Shown here in pieces: positions 49,401 to 62,330 of a stretch of DNA of 64,000 nt. The translations under genes and the position numbers were made by a program. The DNA lies in the NCBI GenBank assembly GCA_036172245.1, contig JAYWIR010000015.1, forward strand, positions 2,976,001-3,040,000, in the 5' to 3' direction. The stretch comes from Raillietiella orientalis. Lineage: Eukaryota. Under the pieces are notes generated by a model. That model did not search any database, was not told the origin of the DNA, and worked only from the letters and a program-made list of their open reading frames with translations. Numbering within the stretch: the stretch's first letter is position 1; each line of letters starts with the position of its first letter.

Positions 49401-52400
49401 GAGCCGTAGAAGAGCAAAAGCAAAGTCTTCTATAGTTTCAGAGTAGGCTGCCTCTAGGGCTGCAAATGTCCGCAGGCTTTCCATGAACGTCATGTGGATC
49501 ATTATCGGTACTGTTTTGGGGCCTGAGCGTCCATTTTATTTTCACCGTACGAACCTTCGATTTTTTTTTTCCACCATATTTTCAAAAGAACAAGATTGTG
49601 GGCACCTGTCATCGCGAGTCGGCTGTACAAGTTTGGAGCAGGCCCGTGCACGAAAGCAGGAGCAAGAACAGATTGTGGCACTCTTCTGGTGCTCGAGGAA
49701 GGGGAATGGGCAGACGATGGGTTCATCCGAAGATGTTCCGAGGTTCGACTCGATACGAATCCTTTCGAAGAAGATCGCGAGAGTTGCATGTCCCTTGATT
49801 TCATATACCGTATTGCGGTATATACGTTATCTGTGGTAGATAAGTAGAAAACCATCCACTCTTCGGTAAAATTAAGATAACATGGATAAAAGAGACGAAC
49901 GCTACCATTAGATTCATTTATTTGGGGACAGCGTGTTCGGTGCTTTACTTAGGAGCCACCAGCAGCACAAAGGACGAAATTCACTTGTGTGCAGAACTCG
50001 AGACTGCATAGAATTGGGCCAAAGAGAGGAAGATTCGAGCATATTTCGATATTCACTTTGGCCGGGCATCCAACCAAATGCGATCCTGGTAGATCCGATG
50101 CCGCTCGGACCGAAAGCGAGCGACCTTGCGGAAGAGCTTAGGTAATCTCACACATCTTTGTCGGAAGGACAGTGCGAGGGCTGAAAAAGTTTTCTGGGTC
50201 TTTAAAGAACCACTGGGAGTTTTATAGGAAAAAAAAAAAAAACACAGCAGAGTTTCCGCAACACTCCTGTTGTGAGTTTGGAAGCACAAGTCCTTTTGGA
50301 TCTATGAAAGGTAATTTTTTAAGACGTGGATACGAATTTTTACGAGGGCGCCTTCGTGCAAACACTCGGCACTTTCCAGCACCGGACACGTTGCTCAGTG
50401 AGGGTTTCCGATCAGTTTCGTTTTCTGTTGCGAAAGTATGATTGCTGGAAAGAAAGAAATTCTATGCAGTCAGAAGTGAACTGGGCACTTACAAAGAAAG
50501 TACTCTCACTTGTTCGATGGAATCTGAAATCTCTCCAGGAAGGGGCTAGAGAGAGGAAGATTCGAGCGCATTTCGATATTCACTTAGGCCGGGCATCCAA
50601 CCAAATCGGCGGTCTGGTAGTAAATATGCCACTCGAAAGCATCTTGAAAGGTGAAATTGAAGTAATTAGCATAAAAAAAAAAAAACCTCTGTCCCATGTG
50701 GTGCGCTTATTGCATCAGACGAGTTCTTTTACAGTTTCCATTTTAAACGGACACGTTGCCGTGACAAAATGAAATCTGCCTCCCGGACACAGGTTGCGAG
50801 AATGTGGGAATGCAGATTTAAGAAAATAGCCGGAATGCTTCAAGGGTTCACAAGAAATTTCAATACTCATCTTAACGCATGGGACTTGGGATTATTTATT
50901 TACATCTACTTTTCGTAACTTTCACCATTTTAAGCCATATTAGTAGCACATTATCTGCGAACGATGAATGGAATTGAAAGTAGAGAATGGTTTGTTCTTG
51001 CTGGTGTTTCAAATATTCGCCGTTTTCCTGAATTTGAGTATTGGTTGGTTGTGGATTATAACTGTTCTAAATGATTGACTGTGGGGGATCATTGAGAGTT
51101 CAGCCCCTTCTAAGTCCTCCTCAAATGACTTTTCTGACCCATCTCTGTCAAATGTCTTAAATGAGCATTCAGTTTTCCGCTCTCCAGGCTAAGCTGGTTG
51201 TTGTTGCTATCGCTTAAAAAGTCATCTTGTGTCAGTTACACAGCTCTGATGTTTTCTTAATATGTACAGAGGTGTAAGTGTACGTTACCAGTGCCTTACT
51301 CTTTCCCAGTTGTTTGTTAAAAATCCTTACGCGTTTTGGAATGGCTGCAGCAGCATCTTTTTTCTGCGCCCCCTCTCCCTAGGGATCCCGACTTTTTTCA
51401 TTCTTTCCCCGGAATCTGCAAGCTCTGCAGACAATTGTTTCCATCTCATCTTCGCGGCCAATTATCTTGCTAGTTGTCTCATCCTTAATTGTTTGTTTTA
51501 CCGTGGACAAATCCCCCGTGGACAAATAGTCTTGTGCACCGTTGGGATTCCTAATTTCCTCTCATTTTTCGTGAGCTTCCTCAGAAGTCGGTAAATAAAG
51601 GCTTCATTTGTTATCCGGCCAAGAGGCTTATGGAGAAGTCATAAGTTTGTGTGAATGTTTTCTTGTTTATTGGTTCAGACAGAAGTACTTGATGCCGATA
51701 CTTTATAGCAGGGCGCTGTTGCCCATGGGAAAAAAAAAAAAAAAAAAACACGGTTTGCCAATCGCATGCATCGTCGTCTCTAATCCTTCACACGAGGGTT
51801 TTTCCCCAGCAGCATCGATAAAATATTGGTTTCTGCTAAAGTAGCCGAGGTTGACCAAGGTCTTAAAAAGGAAGCAGACTCCATGTCGGATCTCACCCCA
51901 CCCAGACGGTCTCTGCTTGCATTCTGGTACAAGTTGAATCGATGCAAACAAAACGTGGGAACACACAGACCATTGCAACCACGACCAACTTTCCGTCAGC
52001 TGCTATGAGCGTGGACGGTCGGCTGCAGCCGTTTTTCCGAACAAATGGAGAAATTTGTGGTGTTTCCTGGTGCTTGTTCGCCCAAGGCCGACGTGTCATC
52101 CACAAATAGTGGAACGATAAGCTGCCACCTTGCAATGACGGGACCTATCCACTGTTGCCCATTCAAAGCAGGCGTTCCGCGAAAGTTCACATCCATTGCC
52201 GCGCTGTTCAGAGCACACTGCAGGAAGTTGCGATTTCATCATCAGGAAGAAGACCGACACTTTTCTCTGTGCGGATGCAGCAGATGCTGGCGGAGGTGGT
52301 TTTCTTTTTCACGTGTTTTCCCTGGAGTGGTTGGTGGCGAGGAGCGTGGACGAGTGAATCTCTTGCGCTCGCTCCGTGCATGTCCAAGGGAACGCGATTC

Positions 52401-55400
52401 CCTTTGGTGTTTTTCTCACGTGCTTGCTCTTTTTGTTCCGGAAACATTGATGCACTGTCCACTGGATGCACGGATATGTGAAGGAATCAAAAAAAAAAAA
52501 AAAACGGACACTGCCATGGGGAGATTCACATTAACATCGAAAACGGCATCATTCGCTTGTAAATCCGTGTGCTTAGGAAGAGTTCTCTATGTTGTGATGG
52601 ACTGTCAAAATACCCAGTAGGCATGAGTGAGCACCGACTTCAAGACTCTCCTCTGCAGAATTGCGTTCCCGGATGCGTGGGTGCCGATATCCCGAGCAAA
52701 GGCTTTTTCCTTTAGTTCAATCTCTTTTCAACTTCAACCTTTGTGTACGGAGTCGGGGAACTTTAAGCAGAATAATTTGTAATGCTTTTTGAAGTCGGTA
52801 CGAACTGTTGTATGACCTGCAGTGCTGTCCTTTTGATACATTTTCATTCTGGAATGTTTAACATCGTCGAATCGACCAGTTTTTTGGTCTCATGAGATGT
52901 TACTTTCACTCGTGTGCATCATCCGCGCAGATTTTGATTTGCAAATACCAGCAGCTGCCATCAGATGAGTGTTTTTCGGTACTAAAGAGATTGGAGAGTG
53001 AAGACATTTTCCTATGCTCGTGTGTGTGAACCGACCATCACTGATAACGATACTTTCAAGCATCGAGTCTCCGCCATTTATGGGATCGTATATGCTTGTG
53101 TACACACGTTTTCTCTCAAGCGACGGACAGAAGCACAGGATTTCATTTGCTTGTAAGCAAAGTGATGGTACTAACTAATAAAGGACCGGATTTCTTCCGT
53201 CAAAAATTGCAGTTTACAATAAGGATAATTTCAGCTTTGGATTTTTTAGCCTTCTATAATCCAGGAAAATGTTAAAATATCTGTAAGCGAAATCCCTTGA
53301 CGGCATTTCATTGAAAAGCCGTGTCGTGTTCCATCTCTAAAAAATGCTTCAACGAGTTCCAACTTGCTGAAGCATTTTTTAGATTCATCTTCAGAATTTT
53401 TTTTCTTTCCACACCAGGAGTACTGCTTCCGAATAGTGCATTCATGGCAACGTAGATTGCGCTTCGTGGACCCCTTGTAGGCAGGTAGCCATGGATACGG
53501 AACTTGCTTTGCGACTGCGTGTGGATACTTACGGTCCAGTTGGTCCAGGTATTCGGATTCGTGTGGTTCGAATCACTGTGTCATATGAAGAGACCACTCA
53601 AGTCCGTTGAGACTGACTCACTTCGTCGCTACCATTCTACACTTATCCAAGTTTCGGTTGAGAAGCTTTCTTTCTGTTGGACCAGATTTCCACTTTCTCA
53701 TTACTATTATTAAGGATTATTATTATTATTCTGTAGTGTGTATAAGTGATGACTAGTCTTCCGTTTGATTCCACTTTATAAATGCTCCGGATCTCCTTGA
53801 TTCATGTCGATTGTCTGCAGATCCGTTATCCCATATGCGAGTTTCCATTCCTGTGAGTTTGACCTTAGTTTGGACAGGTCGTCGGGCATGCCAGAATTCG
53901 CCTTTCACGGGAGCTCGCTGTTCAACTTCTTTTCATCGAACTATCCTGTGTTCTCGCATGACTTTTGAGCATTCGTTAATGATTAGGCAGCCGACGTATT
54001 CCTGTCGAAAATTTCACGTGCATAGCATTAGAACGTTCCTGCTATTCATTGCGTCTCACTTTTGTCGTCTTCGTTAATAGGTCAAGGGACCAATGTGTGC
54101 TCAATGGGAGGGGGCCGATAGGTCACGCTTCCAGAGAAACATCACGGGTGTAGAGCCAGTGTTTGTAGAATCAAAGAGTGTTTTCAAATGCATAGAGACG
54201 TTGCATTATCGTGTGCTTTATACGTGGGAGTATATCTTTTATAAGTAGGATGCTCTTCATTTCAGAAAATTTTTTTGCCGTCGTATACTGCTGATGACCG
54301 TATTTTTACTTTCAACCTCTCTTCAACTTCCGACATCGAAGGACCTCAAGGTAGTTTCGAATGTATTCAGCAGCTGAATAATAAGTAAGTCCCTGATACA
54401 CTGCTTCTTAATGTGAACACACTGAGTCTGAATTGTGTATGTGTTGCAAACGTCTTGCATTCTTTTTCCTGCAGCTCCGGTCGCCACGAGAAGATTCAGT
54501 CCTGTGAGGTACACTCGTACTTCCACAGGAGCATGACTTGTTTTCCTTTGGGAAAGGATCCCGTCTCCAAAAGTTTGCAAGGCATGCGCGGTCTTCTGGT
54601 TTAAGCAGGTGCAATGCCTGGATCCTCGCCTGCTCCTTCCGGCGCTTCTAAAGAATGTTTAAAAACTTTTGCTTTAGTCTTAGACTCTTTCCGGTGCTCA
54701 TCCAAAGATGTCAGCGTCCGTATGCTTTTGCAGATCTTTGTGCACCATCATCGTTTGCGTTGGAACGTGCCGATGTGCGTTCAAAGAACGTGCTTTGTCT
54801 TGCGGGGATTTGTTGCTTTAAGTGTAGGTAAGCAGGTAGCTTCCGAGGTTAGCTTCTGTCAGTCTTGCCTGTTATCTCTTCCCGGTTATTTCCGGTAAAT
54901 CTCTGTCCGGTGGTGAGTGCAACGATGGAGCAGCAGCATCCTGGGATTTCTTTTGTGCGTTTCTTTTTCATTTTCTGAATGCTCTTTTCGGGATTTCTGT
55001 TTTGCTTAGAATATTTCGCCTTTTCCAACACTGGCTGCTCATGTCTGTTCTTTGTCGAGAAGGAAGTGGAGTCGCATCATCCATCAGCGTTGCTAAGGGA
55101 AATTCTTGTAGCGCTTTTTGTAACCATTCTTGAATACACGTAGGTTCTTGTATTTATGCAAGACGTTCATGGAGTGTGGAAGAAAAGTAACGATAAGAAA
55201 GAAGTCCCCACAAACTACGTAAATATTTCTAAAGATAAGATGCTCCGGAAAGTTGTGAACTGCACATCTTTACGGTCCGGGATAATGTTGCGCATCTTCT
55301 GAACTCTGGTTGTTCCGGGGACGATGTGTTCCGTTCCAGATTCTTGAAGTCATTGGGACCCATTCCTTATAAGATGCGCATACATGCCAAGGACGATGTG

Positions 55401-58400
55401 TACGAAGCAACTCGGCAGAAAATGGCTGTGGCTGAAGAGGAAGTCAAGAAAAACTGGTACGTATGTTTTTCTTTGTTTGTTGATGTAATTGTCGACCGAT
55501 CTGGTTAAGGAGTGATTGACATGTTTAATTGAATACGGGGAAGGATGTCGCCTGTGGTCTCAACAGCTGCGCAGGAAGGCACTTCTTGGGAAGTGCCTGT
55601 AAAATTTTAACTATATCGCAGGGTGTTATGCGCTCGCTAGCTAACATTGGGCACGCCGAAGGGAGACCGTGGTCTTCCAACACAAGGTGTCTCATTGTAT
55701 GATGGTGTGTGGATTTTGGATCTGAGGATGGATCCATTTTAGCATTTAGCCGTTTATACAAAATGAAGGAAGCTGCTGTGCGTCTACTCTAAGGGGGAGT
55801 GAAGGATTCAAGACAGGAATTCCAGTTGTCGGTTTTTTTTCTTCGTTCTTTTTCTGGAGGCTTTTGAAAATCCTTCAATAGTTTCAGCGCAAGCGAGGGT
55901 GTCGTGCAGTGATCGCATGTTGCCCTCCGTAACCAGCAGACCTCGGTAGGCATCAGGCATTGGGCGCGTACCCTCCAGATTTTCCTTGCATAAGCACAAG
56001 TGTTCGTAGAAAGTGTTTACGAACACATGCCATGAACGCTTTCATAAGCCAGTCCACCCCATTCGCTTTAGTGTTCATGTGAGGTGGTGGTGGTGGGTGG
56101 TTTTCGTCACGTGCTTTCTTAATCCGGGATTGTAACTCGTGATTCCGTTGTCCGATCGGATCTTCCTGGTCTGACGCCACGTTCTCACAAGCAGAGGTGT
56201 TTTCTCTAAGATAGCCGTTCGCGTTTCCTTGGAAGCAGCTGGAATACCGGCTGCAGCTAGCACATTCCCCATTCTGTTTCCCCCCATACCGCCGCTTTGT
56301 TTGTCGTTCCATCGGCTGGGCGGTCACATATGGTTTGCCGCGATTCCGTGACCTTCCTTCCGTGTGTAAACACAAATACGGCGCCGCATCCCACGTGCTG
56401 CTGTGCCTTCGCTGCGAAGCAGTAGGGAAGGCGAGGTTTTCATTAGTAGAGCCAGCAGCAGCAGGCTTTGGTTTTGTTTTGCTTGTTGGAGCCGACCTAC
56501 CACCGCACGGAACACGCCGCCAGCTGCTTCGCGATGATGATCACTAGTGTGTTCCTTTTTTGCTCGTTTGTCGTTCCCAGTACGCATCGTTTGCGCGCTC
56601 TTTGCCGATACCGCGCCAGTCAGTGCACTGTCCCTTGCAGCTGTCCCGAAAACCGCTAGCCAGTCATGTGGGTATGGGTGGGAGGGGAGGGGGTCGAAGA
56701 GAGGCCGATGTTTTTTTCGAGTGGAGCGCATGGCCCTCGTTCCTTGTCGGTTTTTCGGAGTCGAATCTCCATCTCACGAGGGCCGAGACAGTTTCACCAG
56801 TTGGAGGCTGCACTCCTCCTCCCCTCCCTGCATCTCGCGAGGTTTCCGTTTTGTCCTGCGCGTCTTCGTGGCACCGCGGCACGACTACCTAACGACTACA
56901 ACTTCGTGGTAGGCGTTAGGTAGACTTTGGGTGCATCTCTGCCTCGTCTCCGTGACGAGTGGCATTCTTGTAAGCCAAGTTCTCGGTTTGCTCGATCTTT
57001 TTGTGTGTGCGTGCGTGCGTGCGCGCGCTGCCTGGGGGTTTTTAGTACTGTGCCAGAGGGGGTGGTGAAATAGACCGAGGGAGGAACAGGCTTGAAAGAG
57101 TCACCTCGTTCCAGTGCACGCGTCATAAAGTGTTCTGCGCCTGGTATCGGAAGAAAGGTCAAAGTCCACAAGCGGAGCAATGAGACCAACAGCAGCAGCA
57201 GCAGCATCTCAGGGAAAAAGGTGGACTCCCCCTCAGTGCCGTCCATCAAAAACTCCAGCGGAGCGAGCGAAAGTTCGCTGCCCCCGCCTCACTACAGCGA
57301 GAGCTCCCAGAAGACTGCGGCAGCCGCTTCAGCTGCTGCCGCCGCTGCCCGCAGCAACTCCAAAGATAATCCCGAGATCGTGCGAAGATCTCTCAGGTAT
57401 GTTGAGGACACCATCCTCACCCGAAGCGCGGGAAGTAAGGTGCTCACGTTGTCTTCCCAAGGGAACGGATCGTGCAGCTTCTGGCTTTGAAGACCTTCAA
57501 GAAACCGGAACTCTTTGCGAAGCTCTACAAAGGTGAGCGGCCGCGAACGAGACTGGCGTTTCGTCTATCCCGCTACCGTTTCCTATCTCGTTTAGATGGA
57601 CTGAAAGAAAAGGACAAAAATCACGTCACCAGTATCCTCCAGAAAGTAGCTCACCTCAAGGATAATCATTACATTCTCAGCCGCCACATTTGGAGCGAGG
57701 TCCAGGAGGAGTGGCCGTTTTATTCCGAAGAGGATCGCAAATCGGTACGGAAGTAAGCATCATCCGTCTCTCTCGAAGGCATCTCCTTTCGCGTTTCCCT
57801 CCCTCCCTTTCCTCCTCCTTTCCCGTTGCCTTCTCCCTCCTCCCCCATGTTTCCTCCTTCTCGCTCCGCAGACGGAAGCTCGACGCCTGCGACGTGTCGT
57901 CTTCGGAGGTACCGATCAAGCGATCCGACGCTTATCCCGAGACAGCGAGCAAGCGGTCCCGGGCAGTGGTGCCTGCGGCAACCACCCCAGACGTAGAGAA
58001 CCAGTTCTCTTCCAGTCCCGTACGTAACTCTCTTGACCAGCACACGAGCGATGGTTCCCCCTATTGGTCTAGCGCGTCTCCGAATTCCCCCGCGGAGCCC
58101 GCGACCAACGAATCTCCCGAGGGCGTTCCGGAGTACTTCAGGTGACTATCTGGGTCCTCGTGTATATCAACTTTTCCTGCAACAACTTCCTTCTCCCCCT
58201 CCTCTTTCAGTCAGTATCCTCCCATCCAGAGCATAGAGCAGCGCTCTCGGTACAAGTCTGACTTCAACCAGGAGTATGAGGAGTACAAGAATCGGTTCTC
58301 CATCATGGACCGCGTCTCCAGGAGATTTTCCCAAATGGAGGAGAAGCTGAGACAGAAGGAGAAGGACTCTGAAGATTGGAAGGTAGCGGTGGGGATCACT

Positions 58401-58589
58401 CTGGGCGCCGCGTCGCCACTTCTTGTTCTCTCTCCCCTGTAGTCCATACAGAATCAGATCATACGCGAGTACCAAGAAAAACAGGGCGATAAGGAGTTCT
58501 GCGAGAATCAGAAACGCTTTTTCTACCTTCACGAGAAACTGTCTCACATCAAGATGCTGGTGCAACAGTACGATCTGGAGCATTCTTGA
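46268..58589 (+). CDS. ELL: RNA polymerase II elongation factor ELL (ELL/occludin family; Su(Tpl) in Drosophila), whole spliced gene span, 10 coding exons, about 505 aa
   Basis: Exons 46268-46402, 47835-47882, 54266-54384, 55340-55456, 57115-57396, 57462-57532, 57596-57752, 57872-58141, 58211-58382 and 58443-58589 total 1518 nt and join in frame at GT-AG sites. Motifs: FVKLTDSALKA, GPQGSFECIQQ, RERIVQLLALKTFKKPEL, EVQEEWPFYSE and an occludin/ELL C-terminus (EQRSRYKSDFNQEYEEY...YLHEKLSHIKMLVQQYD). Confidence 0.97.
47835..47882 (+). CDS. ELL: ELL coding exon 2
   Basis: Acceptor gcttttcag, peptide DMQTDLPRFQISGNEG, donor gtaagt; 48 nt, phase 0/0. Confidence 0.85.
50023..50079. repeat. 57-bp direct repeat in ELL intron 2, copy 1
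   Basis: agagaggaagattcgagcatatttcgatattcactttggccgggcatccaaccaaat; three mismatches to 50550-50606. Confidence 0.93.
50550..50606. repeat. 57-bp direct repeat in ELL intron 2, copy 2
   Basis: agagaggaagattcgagcgcatttcgatattcacttaggccgggcatccaaccaaat. Confidence 0.93.
54266..54384 (+). CDS. ELL: ELL coding exon 3
   Basis: Acceptor cttcatttcag, peptide KIFLPSYTADDRIFTFNLSSTSDIEGPQGSFECIQQLNN, donor gtaagt. Confidence 0.94.
55340..55456 (+). CDS. ELL: ELL coding exon 4
   Basis: Acceptor ttccgttccag, peptide FLKSLGPIPYKMRIHAKDDVYEATRQKMAVAEEEVKKN, donor gtacgt. Confidence 0.94.
57115..57396 (+). CDS. ELL: ELL coding exon 5
   Basis: Acceptor cctcgttccag, peptide ARVIKCSAPGIGRKVKVHK...(Ser/Ala-rich)...NPEIVRRSL, donor gtatgt. 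Confidence 0.92.
57462..57532 (+). CDS. ELL: ELL coding exon 6
   Basis: Acceptor gtcttcccaag, peptide ERIVQLLALKTFKKPELFAKLYK, donor gtgagc. Confidence 0.93.
57596..57752 (+). CDS. ELL: ELL coding exon 7
   Basis: Acceptor ctcgtttag, peptide GLKEKDKNHVTSILQKVAHLKDNHYILSRHIWSEVQEEWPFYSEEDRKSVR, donor gtaagc. Confidence 0.94.
57872..58141 (+). CDS. ELL: ELL coding exon 8 (Ser/Pro-rich linker)
   Basis: Long pyrimidine tract ending ctccgcag, peptide RKLDACDVSSSEV...EGVPEYF, donor gtgact; phases fit both neighbours. Confidence 0.88.
58211..58382 (+). CDS. ELL: ELL coding exon 9 (occludin/ELL domain)
   Basis: Acceptor cctctttcag, peptide QYPPIQSIEQRSRYKSDFNQEYEEYKNRFSIMDRVSRRFSQMEEKLRQKEKDSEDWK, donor gtagcg. 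Confidence 0.95.
58443..58589 (+). CDS. ELL: ELL coding exon 10 (last, stop TGA)
   Basis: Acceptor ctcccctgtag, peptide SIQNQIIREYQEKQGDKEFCENQKRFFYLHEKLSHIKMLVQQYDLEHS*. Confidence 0.95.
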   Translation, partial: SIQNQIIREYQEKQGDKEFCENQKRFFYLHEKLSHIKMLVQQYDLEHS

Positions 58590-58940
58590 TTGCCGCCTCA
58601 CGCACACGCTCGCACCGCATTCTTCTTGCTGTGATAGGGTTGGAGCACAACTAGCCGTGGCTTGAGGAGTTTCTCGGACGTGTGGCGTGGATCTCGTGCG
58701 TTGTTTTCCTCCTCGAGGTGACGTCACGTCCACGAGGGAAGTGGTCCCGTCGCGTAGCCGCATCCGCCGATCGCTTCCGCCGTCGCAGTGTTCACCAGGG
58801 ACACTGTGTGCGACGACGGCTGCGGCAGCGGCGTGTGGTGTCGTTTTTATTATCCAGAAGCCGCCCCCAGCCCCTCCTGGTATCGGGCAGCGTTTTGATT
58901 GGGTTCGCTCAAGATTACGAGTTGGGAGCGATTACACGGT

Positions 58941-58946
58941 AATAAA
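58941..58946 (+). terminator. candidate ELL polyadenylation signal AATAAA
   Basis: First AATAAA I see after the ELL stop (about 350 nt downstream), followed by GT/T-rich sequence. Confidence 0.55.
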
Positions 58947-61900
58947 GAGATCCAGTGTTTCTGAACTTTGAAGTGGTGTACATACTTGGGTGCGGACTCG
59001 TCCCCATTAGAAGGACCCGGATGTTGCTGCCTGTGGACCCCTGCGTGTATCTGGATGGCTTTTCTTAAATCCAGGTGGTTCTTCCGCATACCGATTTTTC
59101 AGCTCTCTGCCTTTCCCTGCTTTTGTTTACCCACGTGCTCCTTTCCGACTCTTGTGCGAGAGCGTCTTTCTCTTTTCGGTTCGAACGCTGATGCTTCTCT
59201 CCCGTCTCGAGAGATGCGAGTGAGAATCAAGGAGCGGCCAGAGAAGAGAGGTAACGAGTTTGGAGAGCATGGGATTCGAGTCGAGAAGGACTTCCGGTTG
59301 CCGGGCGGAGGTGTGGTGGACTCGTTACGAATTCGTCAGGTCTGCTTATCAGCAAGGACCGGCACCTTCTGTGCAGGTGCTTCCTTTTGGGCCGGCGCTC
59401 CTGTGCAGGTGGTATGCCATTCGTTTTCACGACCTCGTGATGACCTCGTTCCTCTTGACCACGGACTCGTGGTCAAGCAGCGTCTTCACACAATCATTCG
59501 TTTGTGCCTTTTTTGGCTCGGAGCGAATCCGTCTGGAACACTGTTTTTTTTTTTTTTTTTTTTTTATCATTGCCAGTCTGTTTAAACATCCGTTTTCAGC
59601 CGGCGATCCTCCGAATCGAAAGAGGAAAAACCCACAACAGAGAACTCCATGATAACGATATGTTCGTGTGTGCTTATGATTGGTACTTGGGTGCGCTGCT
59701 TGACTGCCAGCATGCAGGTAACCAAGCGTGTAGGTGGTGGGCAGATAAGCGCTCTGTTCGGTGCGTGCGTGTCCGGCGCAGCGCGGGTCAGGTGGATGAA
59801 AGTGGTTGTGCATTCGATGAGTCGAACGGGGGAGGAGGAAGGGGGGGGGGGAAGGCAAGGGAAAAAAAAGTAGCAAATCAGCACGGTGATAGAGAAGAAG
59901 GGGAGAGAGGAAGGGAAAGGGTGGGGGGGGGGGGAGGTTCGGATATCGAAAAGCTCTGCTTTTTGGTGTTGTCGTCGATCCGAAGCCGTGCTTTCCGAGG
60001 AGACGAATCGCCTTCTCGAGGTTTCGAGCACCTTCGTGAACCAGTTTTCCGGTTGTCATTGCAGCGGAGCCTGTTTTGTTCAGAAGACTTTTTACTCACG
60101 AGCTAGGCGTATCAGCTTGCGAAAGTTGGAACGGTGAAGCCCGAAGGTTGGAATAAATTCCAGATTGTGAAACAGTTTTGTGCAACTATTTTTCGCCTCC
60201 GGGCAGGGGATGCACGTTGCAAGTACGCTCGGCTGCCACCTCACAGCCCGGCTCCGCTGTGCAAAACGTCTTCGCAGCCTCGTGAAGAAGGTTGTTTTCC
60301 GTGGAAGACCCTCGGAAAATGCTGTCCTGGAGGCTGGAGGAATCGCCGCCATGGCAGTCGGGTGATTTCATTCCGAGGGGAGTGCGCAGTGGCGGGGTGC
60401 GCTCGACCAGGGGCACCGCTGTCGGGTTGGGCGCCATGAGTTTTTTTTTTTTTTTCCTCCTTCCGGAGCAATCACGAGCGTGTGGAGGAATGTGAAGTCG
60501 CATGTTCAGAGGGGGACCGGTTCCCTCCCCGTTTTCCGTTCTTCCTTTTTTCTTCCCAGGGAATTCTATTTTATTTTTCATTTCTTGTTATGCACACGAA
60601 TTGCAATAGGATACGTCCTGCGCAGAAGAAGTCTCCTCCTCGGACAGAATCAAAAGATGAGTCGGCACACCCACCGAACCGTTGTTCGCAAAGGACGCGG
60701 CTGTCCTTGTTTTGCTCGTTCGTGCCACCATGCAATGGCGGACTCATTTCTGAAGGAGGCGCTCGAGTGGTGGTGACATCCGAGAAGGCGGGGGTTTCAG
60801 GGAATCGAAATTCAACCCGGGATACGAAGGAAGTCCAGCCAGGGATACGCTTGCGGAGGAGTGTTCCTTCCGGCAGTCGCGAAGTGACGTCGCCACCGCC
60901 ACCACCATAAGCAAACTGAACGGTAAGTGTGACGACGATAAGAACCGAAGCTCGCACTTCCGTGGAGAACGCATCCCAACGACCCGCAGCGAATTTGGCC
61001 CGCCGCCGTACTTCTTGTTGGTGCGATTCCGTCGGCCATTTGCGAGCCGATCGCAGATGCAGTTTTTCGCGGTTTGGATTTTCGTTTCAACCCTGCGTGC
61101 TTCGTGCGAAGTTTCTGCGCTTCTTCAAAAAAAAAAAAAAAAAAAAAAAGAAAAAAAAAAGTCAAGCGCCGCCATACATGTGTGACCAATTCTGTTTCAG
61201 ACCGTCGAGAATGCACGAGTGAGGTCTGAGATGCTGATATTTTGCTGAGAAAGAAGTAAACACGAGTAGTGTACGCGGGTGTGATACGGAAGGAACGAAA
61301 AGTAAAATAGGAAAAAAAAAAAAAAAAAAAAAACAGACATTATCTGCTTGCTGTGAACGCCTGAAGGACTGCGATTACTCTGTAGAGGTAGTCACTGTAA
61401 ATAAAAACAAACAAACAAACAAAAACAGAACAATGATAAATTAAGATTACGACGGTGAAGCATGAAAAGTAAAGACCTTAGTGGACCAGAAACAATCTGC
61501 TGGGCTGTTTATTGCAGGTGTTGGTGGATTCCATTGTGTGCAACCACATCGGCCCCATAACTCCAATTTGTTGATTTTGCAAGTGAGGGCCACTTGGTTT
61601 GGAAATGCCTGTGAAATCTGGCGGCGTCGGAACTTTCTCTGGCGCACGAGCTTCGGGAGGAATGCTTTTCAAGCCGTTGAGAGGGAGAGCACCTCTTTCA
61701 CGGAGCGCGAGGTGGTCCACCGTGTGACGCACTCCTCCGAGTGCTTCGCCCCCAGGAACTTCGCACCCGGAGTGGTTTCTTTCAGCCGAGAGGGTCACTT
61801 CTGGCAAGCGTCCTCCTCCCCTCCGTGAGTTTCCCTTTTCGGTACGCTTCCGGAGGTCGCCCGGCCAGGGCTGTTCTGCTCGAGGTGGACGTCTCTCTCC

Positions 61901-62139
61901 TCCACTTTTCCGTTGAGTGCTCCGATTAACGTAGCTTGCAGCAAGGATCACGGTGATGCCGTGAGTATCAGATCTGCTCGGGAGGAATCGGATCATTATC
62001 TGTTCGGTGAAACTGAATTCGAAGTTTCCGATCGGCCGAAACTGCTTAAGCTGATTGCTCTTTGCATAATCTCCACTCGGTGCTGTGTTTTGTAACCTGG
62101 TGCGCGCGTACTGCCGCACAAAAAATGAAAACGAAGAAG

Positions 62140-62143
62140 GAAA

Positions 62144-62180
<37 letters not shown>

Positions 62181-62330
62181 AGGGGGAGGGGGTGAACCGC
62201 GAAAGACGTGATCACGTGATGCGAAACTCTCGGCCGAAATTGGCCCAACGCGATCATCCAATTATGTATTTCCTTCACCCCCCCTCCCCTTTTCCCTCGT
62301 ATTACGAAATAAGCAACTGAATAAACTGGG
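62140..62330. promoter_or_regulatory. promoter-like motif cluster (GA repeat, palindromic E-box ATCACGTGAT at 62211-62220, CCAAT/ATTGG)
   Basis: Motif co-occurrence only, at the edge of a CpG-rich block; no transcript evidence. Confidence 0.25.
62147..62175. repeat. (GA)n microsatellite, about 14 units
   Basis: agagag... run. Confidence 0.93.

Noticed and set aside
58719..58726. Perfect CRE palindrome TGACGTCA
   Set aside because: A single 8-mer in the ELL 3'UTR; about one is expected by chance in 64 kb.
58167..58763. 198-aa minus-strand ORF
   Set aside because: Antisense shadow of ELL exons 9-10.
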